64,000 nucleotides of DNA from Myxococcota bacterium (GTDB lineage Bacteria; Myxococcota_A; UBA796; SXON01), in NCBI GenBank assembly GCA_040386535.1, contig JAZKFH010000032.1, positions 128,001 to 192,000 on the forward strand. Direction: 5' to 3'. Positions within the stretch are counted from its first letter, which is position 1, and each line of letters starts with the position of its first letter. A program made the translations under genes and the position numbers. This document shows positions 12,858 through 22,045 of this stretch, one piece after another. The notes below the pieces were generated by a model that was not told the DNA's origin, did not search any database, and saw nothing but the letters and a program-made list of their open reading frames with translations.

Positions 12858-13846
12858 CAGACCGCCAACGCCGGTTCCGATGGCCGAGGGCCGGAGGGCC
12901 CCGCGGGAAACCGTGCGAAGAGGACCAGGGCGATCGCGAGGAGGACGATGCCGCCGGCGACCCCCGTGATGCCGACCACCTGGGGCACGCCGCCGGAGAG
13001 GACGAGCTCGTGGAAGCCCCCGAGCGCCGTGAGCACGCCGTGCGCGAGCGCCGCGGCCCAGACGGTGCCGGCGGCCTCCCGCAGCCACGCCAGCAGCGCG
13101 CCGAGCGGGATGGAGGCGCCCACGAGCACCAGCGTCCCCTCGACCGGCGCGTCCGGGAAGTACCCCAACGACAGCACCAGGGGCACGTGCCAGAGGCCCC
13201 AGAGGACGCCGATCCCCAGCGCGGCGGGCCAGAACCCCAGCGGCCGGAGCTCGCGCAGGAGCACGCCACGCCAGCCGATCTCCTCGGCGAACGCCAGCGG
13301 CGTGTAGAAGAACAACCCGACGATCAGCGCCTGGACCGACGCGAGCACGGCGTACGGGACCTGGGAGGCGGCGAGCCCCTCCTGGACCTTGGCGGCGGCG
13401 TCCGCGCCTCGGACGGCCAGGACGCGCTCGACGATGGGGCCGCCGGTCAGGTCGAGGGTGCCCCAGCCGAAGAGGTGCGCGACGAGCGCGGACGCCCACA
13501 CGACCAGGACGGGGCCCAACCAGGAGAGCAACACCATGCCGTCGAACCGCAGCCCCGTGTCGAGGCTGGCGACGGGCTCGCGCACCACGAACCGCTTCCA
13601 CACCAGCGAGGCGAGCAGGGGCCCGACGAGGAACGGAACCGCGAGGGCGAGGCTCCAATACCCCTCGACCGGAACGTCCGCGAGGTACACGACGGCCGCG
13701 ACGCCCCAGCTCCACGCGAAACACAGCGCGATCCAGGAGCCCGCGCGGCGAACGAGCGAGGCGGTGACGAGGTTCGCCGTGCCGGAGGGCGCCGCTCGAG
13801 AGGGCTCGGTGTCGGAGGACGCCGTGTGGGAGGGCTCGGAGCTCAA
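12857..13846 (-). CDS. CPBP (Abi/CAAX-type) intramembrane glutamic endopeptidase
   Basis: EEIGWRG, WGLWH and a terminal H motif (AAALAHG); multiple TM helices. TTG start overlaps the cytochrome stop. Confidence 0.88.
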   Translation of the reverse strand: MSSEPSHTASSDTEPSRAAPSGTANLVTASLVRRAGSWIALCFAWSWGVAAVVYLADVPVEGYWSLALAVPFLVGPLLASLVWKRFVVREPVASLDTGLRFDGMVLLSWLGPVLVVWASALVAHLFGWGTLDLTGGPIVERVLAVRGADAAAKVQEGLAASQVPYAVLASVQALIVGLFFYTPLAFAEEIGWRGVLLRELRPLGFWPAALGIGVLWGLWHVPLVLSLGYFPDAPVEGTLVLVGASIPLGALLAWLREAAGTVWAAALAHGVLTALGGFHELVLSGGVPQVVGITGVAGGIVLLAIALVLFARFPAGPSGPRPSEPALAV

Positions 13847-15366
13847 TGCACCACCTGGGGAAGGTACGTCAGCGGGTCGAAGCGGCCTCCGTCCTGCTTC
13901 CCGTCATGACACCCGACACAGCGATCGGCACCCGGCGCCGCGATCATCTCGACCGAGGGCGGATTGGCGACGTGCGCCTTGCCGGGGCCATGGCAGGCCT
14001 CGCAGCCGACGGACTCCAGGCCGGCGACCGCGCCGGGGTCCTGGGGACCGTCCGGATGCAGGGCGCCGGTGACGTGACAGGAGAAGCAGGCGCGGTCGCG
14101 CTCGTTGTTGGTCTTCACCAGGGTTGCCCAGGCGTGGGCGTGCGCGGTGCTGCTCCACTGCTTCGCCTGGTCCGCGTGGCATCCCGTGCACGCGCTCGAC
14201 CCGGCGAACGGGCCGCTGGCGATCGCGGACACCGTCGAGATGGTCTCCACCGCGCCGATCGCGACCTTGGCCTTCGCGACGAGCGCGGCGGTGGCGGGGT
14301 GATCGACGAGCTCGGCCCCGAGATCGACGAGGCGGTTGGTGGCGCGGTGGACGGGGCCCGTGGCGTCCGCGGCGGTCGCGAGCGAGGCGTCCAGCTCCTT
14401 CAGCTTCCCTTCGAAGAAGGACGCCTGCTTGGCGAGGCGCTCGCGCGAGGGGTCGTCCGTGGCCGCCGCCTGGCGCTTCTTCAGCTCGGCGAGCCGCGTG
14501 CTGTAGCTGTCCCGCTGGTCGGCGAGCCGCGCGAGCACCTGCCCGTCCCGCCAGACGGTGGCGCCGGGGGTGAGGGTGAACGCCAACACGCCCAGCTGCT
14601 TTCCGCGGGAGCCCGCCGAGAGCAGCATGCCGCCGTTGGGCAGCGCGCGCGGCTGCTCGAGCTGCTGGCGGTCATGGCCGTTGACGATCAGCGCGACGCT
14701 GGGGACGGCGGCCGCGAGCGCCTCGTCCTCCTGCACCTTCTGGCCGGAGAGCACGATGACCACGTCGGCCGGCGCGGCCTGGACGGCGGCCAGGACCGCC
14801 TGGGTCGGCTCCGTGACGTGACAGGAGGGCTCCTTCAGGGAATTCCCCGAGACGCCGACCACCGTGAACGACTGCCCACCGCGCTCGAAGTGCACGTACG
14901 CAGGAAAGGGCGCGGCCCCGCCACACTCGAGGTTGGCGGCCACGTAGGGCAGCGCATGGGCGGCGGCGAGCTCACGCACGGTGGGCAGCCCCAGCGCCAG
15001 ATCGCCCGCGCCGGGGAGCATCGCGTCCACCCCGGCGAGCGCGTAGGCCTCGGCCAGGAGCCGCGCCTTCTCCACCTGCTGAGCCCGCTCTTCCGGGCGC
15101 ACCACGGCCTTGCCCGCGAACAGGTTGCCGGCGTCGACCACGACCACCGGCCCCTCCGTGCGGAGCCCCTCGATCACCGTATTTCGCCTGGACAGACCGC
15201 CCAGAGGATGACGGGGTCAACCACATGGCTCGATCTCGCCGTCGAGGTTCCCCGCGTACGCGAGGGTCACCCCGGTGGCGGTGGGCGTGGCGACCGGCTC
15301 GCCCGCGCCACAGGCCGCGAGTGCAATGGCCGCGGCGGCCACGTACACGCGCCGGCGCCACCTCAC
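13843..15366 (-). CDS. Predicted selenocysteine-containing lipoprotein: UshA/5'-nucleotidase-like domain (CxU), coiled coil and tetraheme c554-like cytochrome
   Basis: GTG 15366 overlaps the upstream stop (GTGA) and reads MRWRRRVYVAAAAIALAAC (lipobox) ...GEIEPCG-TGA(15217-15219)-PRHPLGGLSRR, in frame with the 13843..15177 ORF. That ORF carries CTGCH, CFSCH, CEACH and CVGCH. A SECIS-like hairpin follows the TGA. Confidence 0.85.
15188..15204 (-). promoter_or_regulatory. Putative bacterial SECIS element
   Basis: mRNA CUGGGC-GGUCU-GUCCAG is a 6-bp stem with a G-led GGUCU loop, starting 12 nt after the in-frame UGA. Loop and spacing resemble the E. coli fdhF SECIS. Confidence 0.75.
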
Positions 15367-16877
15367 TTGGGGGCCCCGGGCAAGCCGGGCGTCAGCGGGG
15401 GCGTCGGAACGCCGGCGCGCTCGCTCTCGATGCGCTCGCGCCGCTCGGTCTTCTCGTCGTCACCCGTTGCCTTGCGACGATGCTCGCGCATGAGGTCCTT
15501 CACGACGTCGATGAGCCCGTTGTCGATGATGTAGACCTCGGGGAACTCGACGGCGCGGGCGTAGAAACGCTCGCGCTCGTGGCCCTCGGGGTCGAGCATC
15601 GGGGGGGCGTTGTCCCCGACCACGATCGTGCGGGCCTCTCCGCCGCGGTCGTTCATCACGATCGTGGCGCGGGGCTTCTCGAAGCCGTACTTGCCGTCCG
15701 CGGCGACCTCGGCCACGAACTCGTCGGCCTGGACGTTGGCGACGCGAGTGGCGAGGCGCTTGGGGGTGCTGCCGCGGACCGGCACGCCGGTGTCCCAGAA
15801 CCACTTGTCGGCTTCCATCTTCACGGTGACCGTGCCGGTGAGGTCGGGATCCCGCTCGTCCCCCGAGAAGGTGGTGACGAGCGACGCGAGCGTGTTCGGG
15901 TCCATCCGGGCGAACCGCTTGAGGCGGAAGGTCTCCGGGTCGGCGAGGTAGTCCTCGAGCAGGCCGTCGCGAGCGGCGTAGACGGTCGGCTCCTCGGCGA
16001 GCTTGACGTAGGCGAGCACGTACTCGCCGTCCTTCTCGCCGGTCGCGGCGCCGAGGAGCAATGTGAGCGGCTCGCGGCCGGAGAAGCGGATGGTGACGCG
16101 CGCGCGGGGCTTGTCCAGGCCGAACTTCGCGAGATCCGAATCGTCGTCCGTCACGAACTGGATGGCCTTGAGCGCCGAGACCCGCCCGAGCAGGCCGCGG
16201 ATCTCGCTGTCGTTCGCCGCGAACTGCTTGGGCTCGAGCATGTCCCAGCTGCGTTCGCCCGTGCGCTGGAAGGCGAGGCGCTTGCCCTCGGGGAGGTCGG
16301 CCAGGAGCGCGTCGACGTCCTTGCTGTCGAACGAGGCGAAGCGCCGCTCGCGGAACTCCGAGAGCGAGAGGCTGTAGTAGTCGACCGCGCTCTTCTTGAC
16401 GGTGTAGACCGCGGTGTCCCCGGTCTTGCGGATGTAGAAGCTGACGCCGGAGGGGTTCGGATCGCCCGCGTCGAATTCTTCGGTGGAGCCGTCCCGGAAG
16501 GTGAGCTTCACGTGGATGGTGCTCGATCCGAGGCCGTACAAGGCCTCGTCCGTCGGGCCCTCCACCACGGTGGCGCGCGCCACGAGGTCGTGGAGCTGGT
16601 GCTTGACCCGGTTCACCATCGACCGGCTGGCGCGGAGCTGCTCGCCTTCGAGCCACCAGCCGTCCGCGCGCTCGCCCAGCACGATCACGCCCTCGGGGCG
16701 GGTCACCTCGATCTTGACGAGGTTGGCCTTCTCGAAGACGAAGATGGGGCGCTCGACGCCCTTCAGGGCCGCCTTCTTCTCGGCGGGGGTGAGGTCGACG
16801 GGACGCACCATCCACAACGTCCCGAGCAGGGCGAGGAGCGCCACGAGCGCGAGCAGGGTGCCGCGAAACGCCTTCAT
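15363..16877 (-). CDS. DUF4340 domain-containing periplasmic protein (Gld-type ABC system accessory)
   Basis: N-terminal TM helix, three repeats containing YGL/FGL/YGF..P.A, directly after GldG. Start reassigned to ATG 16877. Confidence 0.82.
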   Translation of the reverse strand: MKAFRGTLLALVALLALLGTLWMVRPVDLTPAEKKAALKGVERPIFVFEKANLVKIEVTRPEGVIVLGERADGWWLEGEQLRASRSMVNRVKHQLHDLVARATVVEGPTDEALYGLGSSTIHVKLTFRDGSTEEFDAGDPNPSGVSFYIRKTGDTAVYTVKKSAVDYYSLSLSEFRERRFASFDSKDVDALLADLPEGKRLAFQRTGERSWDMLEPKQFAANDSEIRGLLGRVSALKAIQFVTDDDSDLAKFGLDKPRARVTIRFSGREPLTLLLGAATGEKDGEYVLAYVKLAEEPTVYAARDGLLEDYLADPETFRLKRFARMDPNTLASLVTTFSGDERDPDLTGTVTVKMEADKWFWDTGVPVRGSTPKRLATRVANVQADEFVAEVAADGKYGFEKPRATIVMNDRGGEARTIVVGDNAPPMLDPEGHERERFYARAVEFPEVYIIDNGLIDVVKDLMREHRRKATGDDEKTERRERIESERAGVPTPPLTPGLPGAPK

Positions 16878-16902
16878 GCTGCTCCCTTGGCCCCGAAGGG
16901 GC

Positions 16903-18357
16903 TCATCGACCGCGCCGCGAGGCCCATACCCCGGCGCCGAGCAACACCGCCAGGAGCGGGCCGATCGAGAGCACGAGCCAGCGCACCTTGCCAAGATCCT
17001 CGGACGAGAGCGCGAGGCGCCGCACCATGCTCGGGCGGCCGACGACGGAGAGCCGGCCTTCGTCGCCGAGGAGCCAGCGGAAGGTGTTGATCGCGAAGCT
17101 GGCGTTGCCGGGGCCCTCGGAGAGGAGCCCGTTCCCGATCGCGTCCGCGTCACCGAGGACGACCACGCGGGCGCGGCCACGCTTGACCATGCCGGAGTCG
17201 GGGCCCAGCTCGAGGGCGAGCGCCATCGTGGCGGGGCCCGCACCGTCGACGGCGGACTCGAACGTTGCCTGCCCGCTCTCGAGCGCGCCGCCGCGTTCGA
17301 TCCACCCGTCCCGCGAGGTCTCCAGCAGCGTGGAGGCGCGGATGCCCTCGCGCGGGGGGACGGCGGCCTGGAGCGGCGCCGCGCGCGACACGACGGTGAC
17401 GAGCGCCTGGTCGGAGAGGTCCTTGGTGATCGGGTGCGACTTGTACCGGGGCACGGGGCGATCCGGGTACGGGAACACCAGCAGCTTGTCGAGCACGATG
17501 CCCTCGGGCACCACCACGCCCAGCCGGCCGAGCAGGCCCGGCACGAACGAGCCGGGCTCGACCGCGAAGAGGAGCGATCCACCCGTGGCGAGGTAGGCCA
17601 GGAGCAGGTCCTCTTCGAGGAGGGGGATGGCGACGCGCGGACGCGCGATGACGACGGCCGCGGCGTCATCCGGGACGCGGGGGGCGGCCTCCTCGCGATC
17701 CCGGACGAAGTCGAGCTTTTTGAGCTCGTAGTTCTCCTGATCGAGCGCCGCCTTCAGGTCGGCGAGTCCGTCGGGATCGCGCCCCTCGGGGTCGAGCTCG
17801 CCGTGGCCGACGAGGGCGTAGACGACACGCCGGCTGTCCGACATCAGCTGGGAGAAGGCGCGGTTGATGGCGGCCTCGCCGAGGAACTCGATCTTGCGGT
17901 CGTCCCCCTTGCCGGAGCGGCGGAACAGGTCGCGATCCGCCAGATCGACGCGGCGCTCGCCGCGCTGCACGACAACGGTGCCGTAGTCGGTCACCCCGAG
18001 CTTCTCGGCGGTGAGGCGCTCCTTGTCGAAGTCGATGAACTTCGTCTCGACCACGGCCGAGTTGTAGTCCATCTCCTCGAGCAGGTCCTGGAGCTGCCGG
18101 TCCTTGAAGTAGGACTCCTTCTTGCCGCGCTGCGCCGAGAACGCCGTGACGGTCACCGCCGAGGCGTCCCGGTCGAGCAGATCGAGCTTGTTCACCGTAT
18201 CCGCGGCGAGCACGCTGCCCTGATCGGCTGAGAGGTCTACGCGGATTCGGAAGCGGTCGACCAGCAGGTACACGACGACCACCGCCGCCACGACGAGGAA
18301 GGTCACGATCGTGGCGTTGGAGCCCACCGCGAGGCGGCGCTGCAGGGTGCGGTTCAT
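16903..18357 (-). CDS. GldG family / ABC-type uncharacterized transport system auxiliary component
   Basis: N- and C-terminal TM helices, DLS motif, LVGHGE, HPITKDL, RVVVLGDAD and N..FAINTFRWL. ATGA overlap with the permease. Confidence 0.88.
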   Translation of the reverse strand: MNRTLQRRLAVGSNATIVTFLVVAAVVVVYLLVDRFRIRVDLSADQGSVLAADTVNKLDLLDRDASAVTVTAFSAQRGKKESYFKDRQLQDLLEEMDYNSAVVETKFIDFDKERLTAEKLGVTDYGTVVVQRGERRVDLADRDLFRRSGKGDDRKIEFLGEAAINRAFSQLMSDSRRVVYALVGHGELDPEGRDPDGLADLKAALDQENYELKKLDFVRDREEAAPRVPDDAAAVVIARPRVAIPLLEEDLLLAYLATGGSLLFAVEPGSFVPGLLGRLGVVVPEGIVLDKLLVFPYPDRPVPRYKSHPITKDLSDQALVTVVSRAAPLQAAVPPREGIRASTLLETSRDGWIERGGALESGQATFESAVDGAGPATMALALELGPDSGMVKRGRARVVVLGDADAIGNGLLSEGPGNASFAINTFRWLLGDEGRLSVVGRPSMVRRLALSSEDLGKVRWLVLSIGPLLAVLLGAGVWASRRGR

Positions 18358-19064
18358 CGCCACCGGCGCGACTCCAGCGACCGGAAGGTCAGGAAGAGGA
18401 AGACACCGGTGAAGGCGACGAAGTAGAAGATGTCCGCGCTGTCGAGCACGCCTCGGTTGAACGAGTCGAGGTGGACGAGCACGGAGAGCGGGCGCACGGC
18501 GTCGGCCCAGGTCTCGGGCAGGAGCGCTTCGGCCCTGCCGACCAGCCAGAACGGCAGCAGGATCACGATGCCGACGAGGCCGGCGGCCACCTGGTCGTCC
18601 GTGAGCGAGGACGCGAACAGCCCCGCCGCGCAGAACGCCGCGGCGACGCCGACCAGCCCGAGGTAGCTCGTGAAGATCACGCCCCAGTCAGGATCGCCGT
18701 AGTAGGCGAGGACCAGCGGGAACACGAGCGTGCCGAGGAACATCAGCAGGCACAACGTCAGCGATGCGAGCCACTTGCCGATGACGATGGAGCCGAGCGA
18801 CACCGGCGCGGTCATCAGGAGCTCGAGCGTGCCCTGGCGACGCTCCTCCGCGAAGTGGCGCATCGTGAGCATCGGGAGCACGAACAGCTGGATGATCGCG
18901 AGGTTGCCGACGAGGACGCGCAGCGACGCCTCTCCCGTGAGCGTGACGCCCAGGTAGAAGAACAGCCCCGCGAGGAACAGGAACGCTGAGAGAAACACGT
19001 AGGCGAGCGGGCTCACGAAGTAGATCCGGAGCTCCTTCTTCCACAGGGTCAGCACACCCTTCAC
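18354..19064 (-). CDS. ABC transporter permease, GldF-like
   Basis: KELRIYFVSPLAYV, EERRQGTLELLMTAPV and RSLESRRW. GTG start at 19064 overlaps the ATPase stop. Confidence 0.92.
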   Translation of the reverse strand: MKGVLTLWKKELRIYFVSPLAYVFLSAFLFLAGLFFYLGVTLTGEASLRVLVGNLAIIQLFVLPMLTMRHFAEERRQGTLELLMTAPVSLGSIVIGKWLASLTLCLLMFLGTLVFPLVLAYYGDPDWGVIFTSYLGLVGVAAAFCAAGLFASSLTDDQVAAGLVGIVILLPFWLVGRAEALLPETWADAVRPLSVLVHLDSFNRGVLDSADIFYFVAFTGVFLFLTFRSLESRRWR

Positions 19065-19978
19065 TCGCGCCCCACGATGCCGACGAAGGCCTCTTCGAGG
19101 GTGGGGAGGCGACGCTCCAGCGTGCGCACCCGCCCGCCGACGGCCTGTGCCAGCGCGGCGATGGCGACGCGCGGATCCTGCTTCGCGGTGACCCGGAACG
19201 AGCGCCACGATCCGTCCTGGCCGAGGGGCTCGACGAGATCGACCTCGGGGAGGGCGCCGAGGCGCGGACCGTCGATCCCCTCGACCTCGGCGAGGTACCA
19301 CTCGCCGCCGGGGGCCATCGCGCGGAGCTCGGCGATGGAGCCCTGGGCCACGAGCCTGCCCTTGGCGATGACGAGGGCCCGCGGGCAGAGCGCCTCGACC
19401 TCGGAGAGGATGTGTGTGGAGAGGATCACCGTGTGGGTGCCGGCCAGCGAGAGCACGAGGTCACGGATGCCGACCAGCTGTGCCGGGTCGAGGCCGCTCG
19501 TGGGCTCGTCGAGGATGAGCACCGGGGGATCGTGGAGCAGCGCCTGGGCGAGGCCGACCCGCTGGCGGTACCCCTTCGAGAGGGACCCGAGCACGCGGCG
19601 CTCCCAGCCCGAGAGGCCGACTCGCTCCATCACGCTGCCGGTGCGCTGGTGGCGGGCACGCCCGCTGAAGCCGCGCAGCTCGGCGATGAAGAGGAGGTAG
19701 TCCCCCACCGTGAGCTCGGGGTAGAGCGGCGGCGACTCGGGCAGGTAGCCGACGCGCCGCTTGACCTCCATCGGGGACTCGAACACGTCGAACCCGGCGA
19801 CGCGCGCATCCCCCCCCGTGGCGGGGAGGAACCCGGTCAGGATCCGCATCGTCGTCGTCTTTCCGGCGCCGTTCGGTCCGAGAAAGCCGACGATTTCGCC
19901 CTTTCCGACGGTGAAGGAGACGTCGTTGAGCGCGAGGCGGGAGCCATAGGACTTGGTGAGGGCGACGGCTTCGATCAT
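19061..19978 (-). CDS. ABC transporter ATP-binding protein, GldA-like
   Basis: GPNGAGKTT, LSKGYRQRVG, ILDEPTSGLDP and STHIL. Confidence 0.95.
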   Translation of the reverse strand: MIEAVALTKSYGSRLALNDVSFTVGKGEIVGFLGPNGAGKTTTMRILTGFLPATGGDARVAGFDVFESPMEVKRRVGYLPESPPLYPELTVGDYLLFIAELRGFSGRARHQRTGSVMERVGLSGWERRVLGSLSKGYRQRVGLAQALLHDPPVLILDEPTSGLDPAQLVGIRDLVLSLAGTHTVILSTHILSEVEALCPRALVIAKGRLVAQGSIAELRAMAPGGEWYLAEVEGIDGPRLGALPEVDLVEPLGQDGSWRSFRVTAKQDPRVAIAALAQAVGGRVRTLERRLPTLEEAFVGIVGRE

Positions 19979-20055
19979 CGGGAGAGGCCCGCCATCTAAC
20001 GGATGACGGCCGGCCGGCTACCCGCTACCGCTTCCCGCTCGGGTTATTCGGCGTC

Positions 20056-20556
20056 ATGGTCTGGTTCTGGCTGGCCGCGGTCGCCTCCGCCGAGGTGGTG
20101 GACGGTATCCTGCACGTGGTCGGCGATCGCATCGTGACGCGGTCGGACCTCGCCTTCGAAGCTGACTTCGACAGCCGCGACGCGAGTCCGCTCGCTCCCC
20201 TGGAAGACCCGGTCTACCTCCTCGAACAACGGCTCGTCGACTTCGCGATCCTGCGCGACCTCGCGGGCGACATCGAGATCTACAAGCCCCCCGCCGCCGA
20301 GGTGCGCGCGCGCTGGGAGCGCTTTCGCGACGGGTGGCCCCACCCCGAGGACCACGTGGCCTTCCTGACGCGGTGGGGCCTGGACGACGAGCAGCTGCTC
20401 GGCTTCCTGTACAGCCGCCTCGTGGTCGAGCGGTACGCCGCGCGCAACGCGGGCCAGGCCGCCGCGGTGCTCGATCGGGACGACATCACGCCCCCGATCT
20501 ACCAGGCCTGGATGGCGGGCCTGCGCGCGCGGACGACCGTGCGGACCACCCGTTGA
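20056..20556 (+). CDS. Secreted protein with a SurA N-terminal-like domain
   Basis: Short signal peptide followed by EVVDGILHVVGDRIVTRSD, resembling the SurA N-terminal 'VDRIVAVV' pattern; no PPIase domain. Confidence 0.6.
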   Translation: MVWFWLAAVASAEVVDGILHVVGDRIVTRSDLAFEADFDSRDASPLAPLEDPVYLLEQRLVDFAILRDLAGDIEIYKPPAAEVRARWERFRDGWPHPEDHVAFLTRWGLDDEQLLGFLYSRLVVERYAARNAGQAAAVLDRDDITPPIYQAWMAGLRARTTVRTTR

Positions 20557-20987
20557 CCTGCCGCGACGCGACGGCCGCCGACCTCGACGCCCTCGTGGAT
20601 CTGGAGAAGATCTGCTTCGCGGAGGACCCCTGGACCCGGAACATGCTCTCGGACGAGCTCTCTCGCCCCGGCGGCGTGTTCCTCGTCATCGGGGACGCCG
20701 GGCGGCCGCGGGCCTTCGCGATCGGCTGGGCCGTGCTCGACGATCTTCACATCCTGCAGGTCGCGGTGGAGCCCGCCGCGCGGCGGTTGGGGCTCGGACG
20801 GGAGGTGCTCACCGCGCTCGAGGCGCGCGCCGTGTCGGCGGAGAACGCCTGGCTCGAAGTGCGCCGCGACAACGTCGCCGCCATCGGGTTGTACGAGGCG
20901 TTCGACTACCGCGCGGTCGGCTGCCGCCCGAAGTACTACACCGACGGGTGCGACGCGCTCCTGCTCCGGAAGCGGCTCCGCGGGTGA
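20553..20987 (+). CDS. rimI: RimI-like GNAT N-acetyltransferase
   Basis: HILQVAV, RRLGLG, LEVRRDN..AIGLY and KYY.DG.DA. TTG start overlaps the upstream stop. Confidence 0.85.
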   Translation: MTCRDATAADLDALVDLEKICFAEDPWTRNMLSDELSRPGGVFLVIGDAGRPRAFAIGWAVLDDLHILQVAVEPAARRLGLGREVLTALEARAVSAENAWLEVRRDNVAAIGLYEAFDYRAVGCRPKYYTDGCDALLLRKRLRG

Positions 20988-21030
20988 CGAAGCGCACCCC
21001 GCGGCCTCGACGTGGGGCGTGCCCGCGGGC

Positions 21031-21978
21031 TCACCAGCTGCCGGCACCGAAGCGGTAGGTCTTCTTGATCGGCTGGTCCTTCACGATCTTCTGAAACTTC
21101 CACGCCGAGACCTGGCGGTTCATGCAGGACTCGAGCTCGGGGTCGGAGCCGTTGACGCCGGTGACGGCGACCCGCTTGGCGGTGCCGTCCTTGCCGATCG
21201 TGAACGCCACCTCCCACGCGCCCTTGAGCCCCTCCACCGCCTTGAGGCGCTGGTTGTAGCAGGTCTGGAGCTGGGGGCTCGAGGCGTTGATGACGGCCTT
21301 CGCCATGGCGATGATCTCGTCATTGTCGGTGAGGACCTTGTCGCTCCCGACGAAGCTGACCTTGATCTGCCCGACGCCGACATCGCCGGTGCCGCTCCCG
21401 CTGGTGGTGCCGACCGTCGGCGCCGCGGCGTCCGTGCCCGCCTGGAAGGTCGGCCGACGCGGGCCCGTGCCGGCGTCCGGATTGCCGGTACCGATGGGCG
21501 GCGCCTCGGTCGGCTTCCGCCCGGTCGGGCGGCCGGTGGCCTTGTCGACCGCGCCCGCCTCCGGACCTCCGACCGCGGGGACCGACGGCACGGGCGCGTG
21601 CTGCAGCTCCGACAGGGGGGTCTCGTAGTACTCGTCCATCTCGTAGGTGAGCGCTTCCTGCTGGGTCTGGTAGGTCCACACGCCGGCGCCGCCGAGCGCG
21701 AACAACACGAGGAGGCTCAACCCGCCCAGGAAGCGGTTCTTGCGCTGCTTCTTGGCTTGCTGCGCCTTGTCCTCCTGCTCCTTGCGCTGACGCGCCTGGA
21801 TGCCGGGGTCGGTGGGAGCCTCCTCGCCGGGGATCTCCAGCATGCAATGCGGACAGTTCCCGCCGAAGCGGAGCGTGTCGGCCGGGACGGCACCCTTGCA
21901 GAAGGGACAGACGGGCAGTGCCAGGGCCGGCTCCGGGAGAAGGTGCGGAAGGTAGCAAGCCTCGCCCATGACAGGCAA
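21031..21978 (-). CDS. Membrane protein with zinc ribbon, TM helix and AgmX/PglI (TonB-C-like) C-terminal domain
   Basis: CPFC..CPHC ribbon, one TM helix, Pro/Gly linker and C-terminal LQTCYNQRLK..L.G..ELESC..WKF. The true start is probably nearer 21925. Confidence 0.7.
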   Translation of the reverse strand: MPVMGEACYLPHLLPEPALALPVCPFCKGAVPADTLRFGGNCPHCMLEIPGEEAPTDPGIQARQRKEQEDKAQQAKKQRKNRFLGGLSLLVLFALGGAGVWTYQTQQEALTYEMDEYYETPLSELQHAPVPSVPAVGGPEAGAVDKATGRPTGRKPTEAPPIGTGNPDAGTGPRRPTFQAGTDAAAPTVGTTSGSGTGDVGVGQIKVSFVGSDKVLTDNDEIIAMAKAVINASSPQLQTCYNQRLKAVEGLKGAWEVAFTIGKDGTAKRVAVTGVNGSDPELESCMNRQVSAWKFQKIVKDQPIKKTYRFGAGSW

Positions 21979-22045
21979 GGCGGAGTTGGCGGACCGGCGG
22001 GATTGCCGGTGCGTTCAACCCGGGGCGGACGAGGGGGCGCGGCGA

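Noticed and set aside
15178..15366. Reading the TGA at 15217-15219 as a pseudogene-causing nonsense mutation or as a separate 49-aa ORF
   Set aside because: The CxU context, the SECIS-like hairpin, the intact lipobox and the translational coupling all favour Sec recoding.
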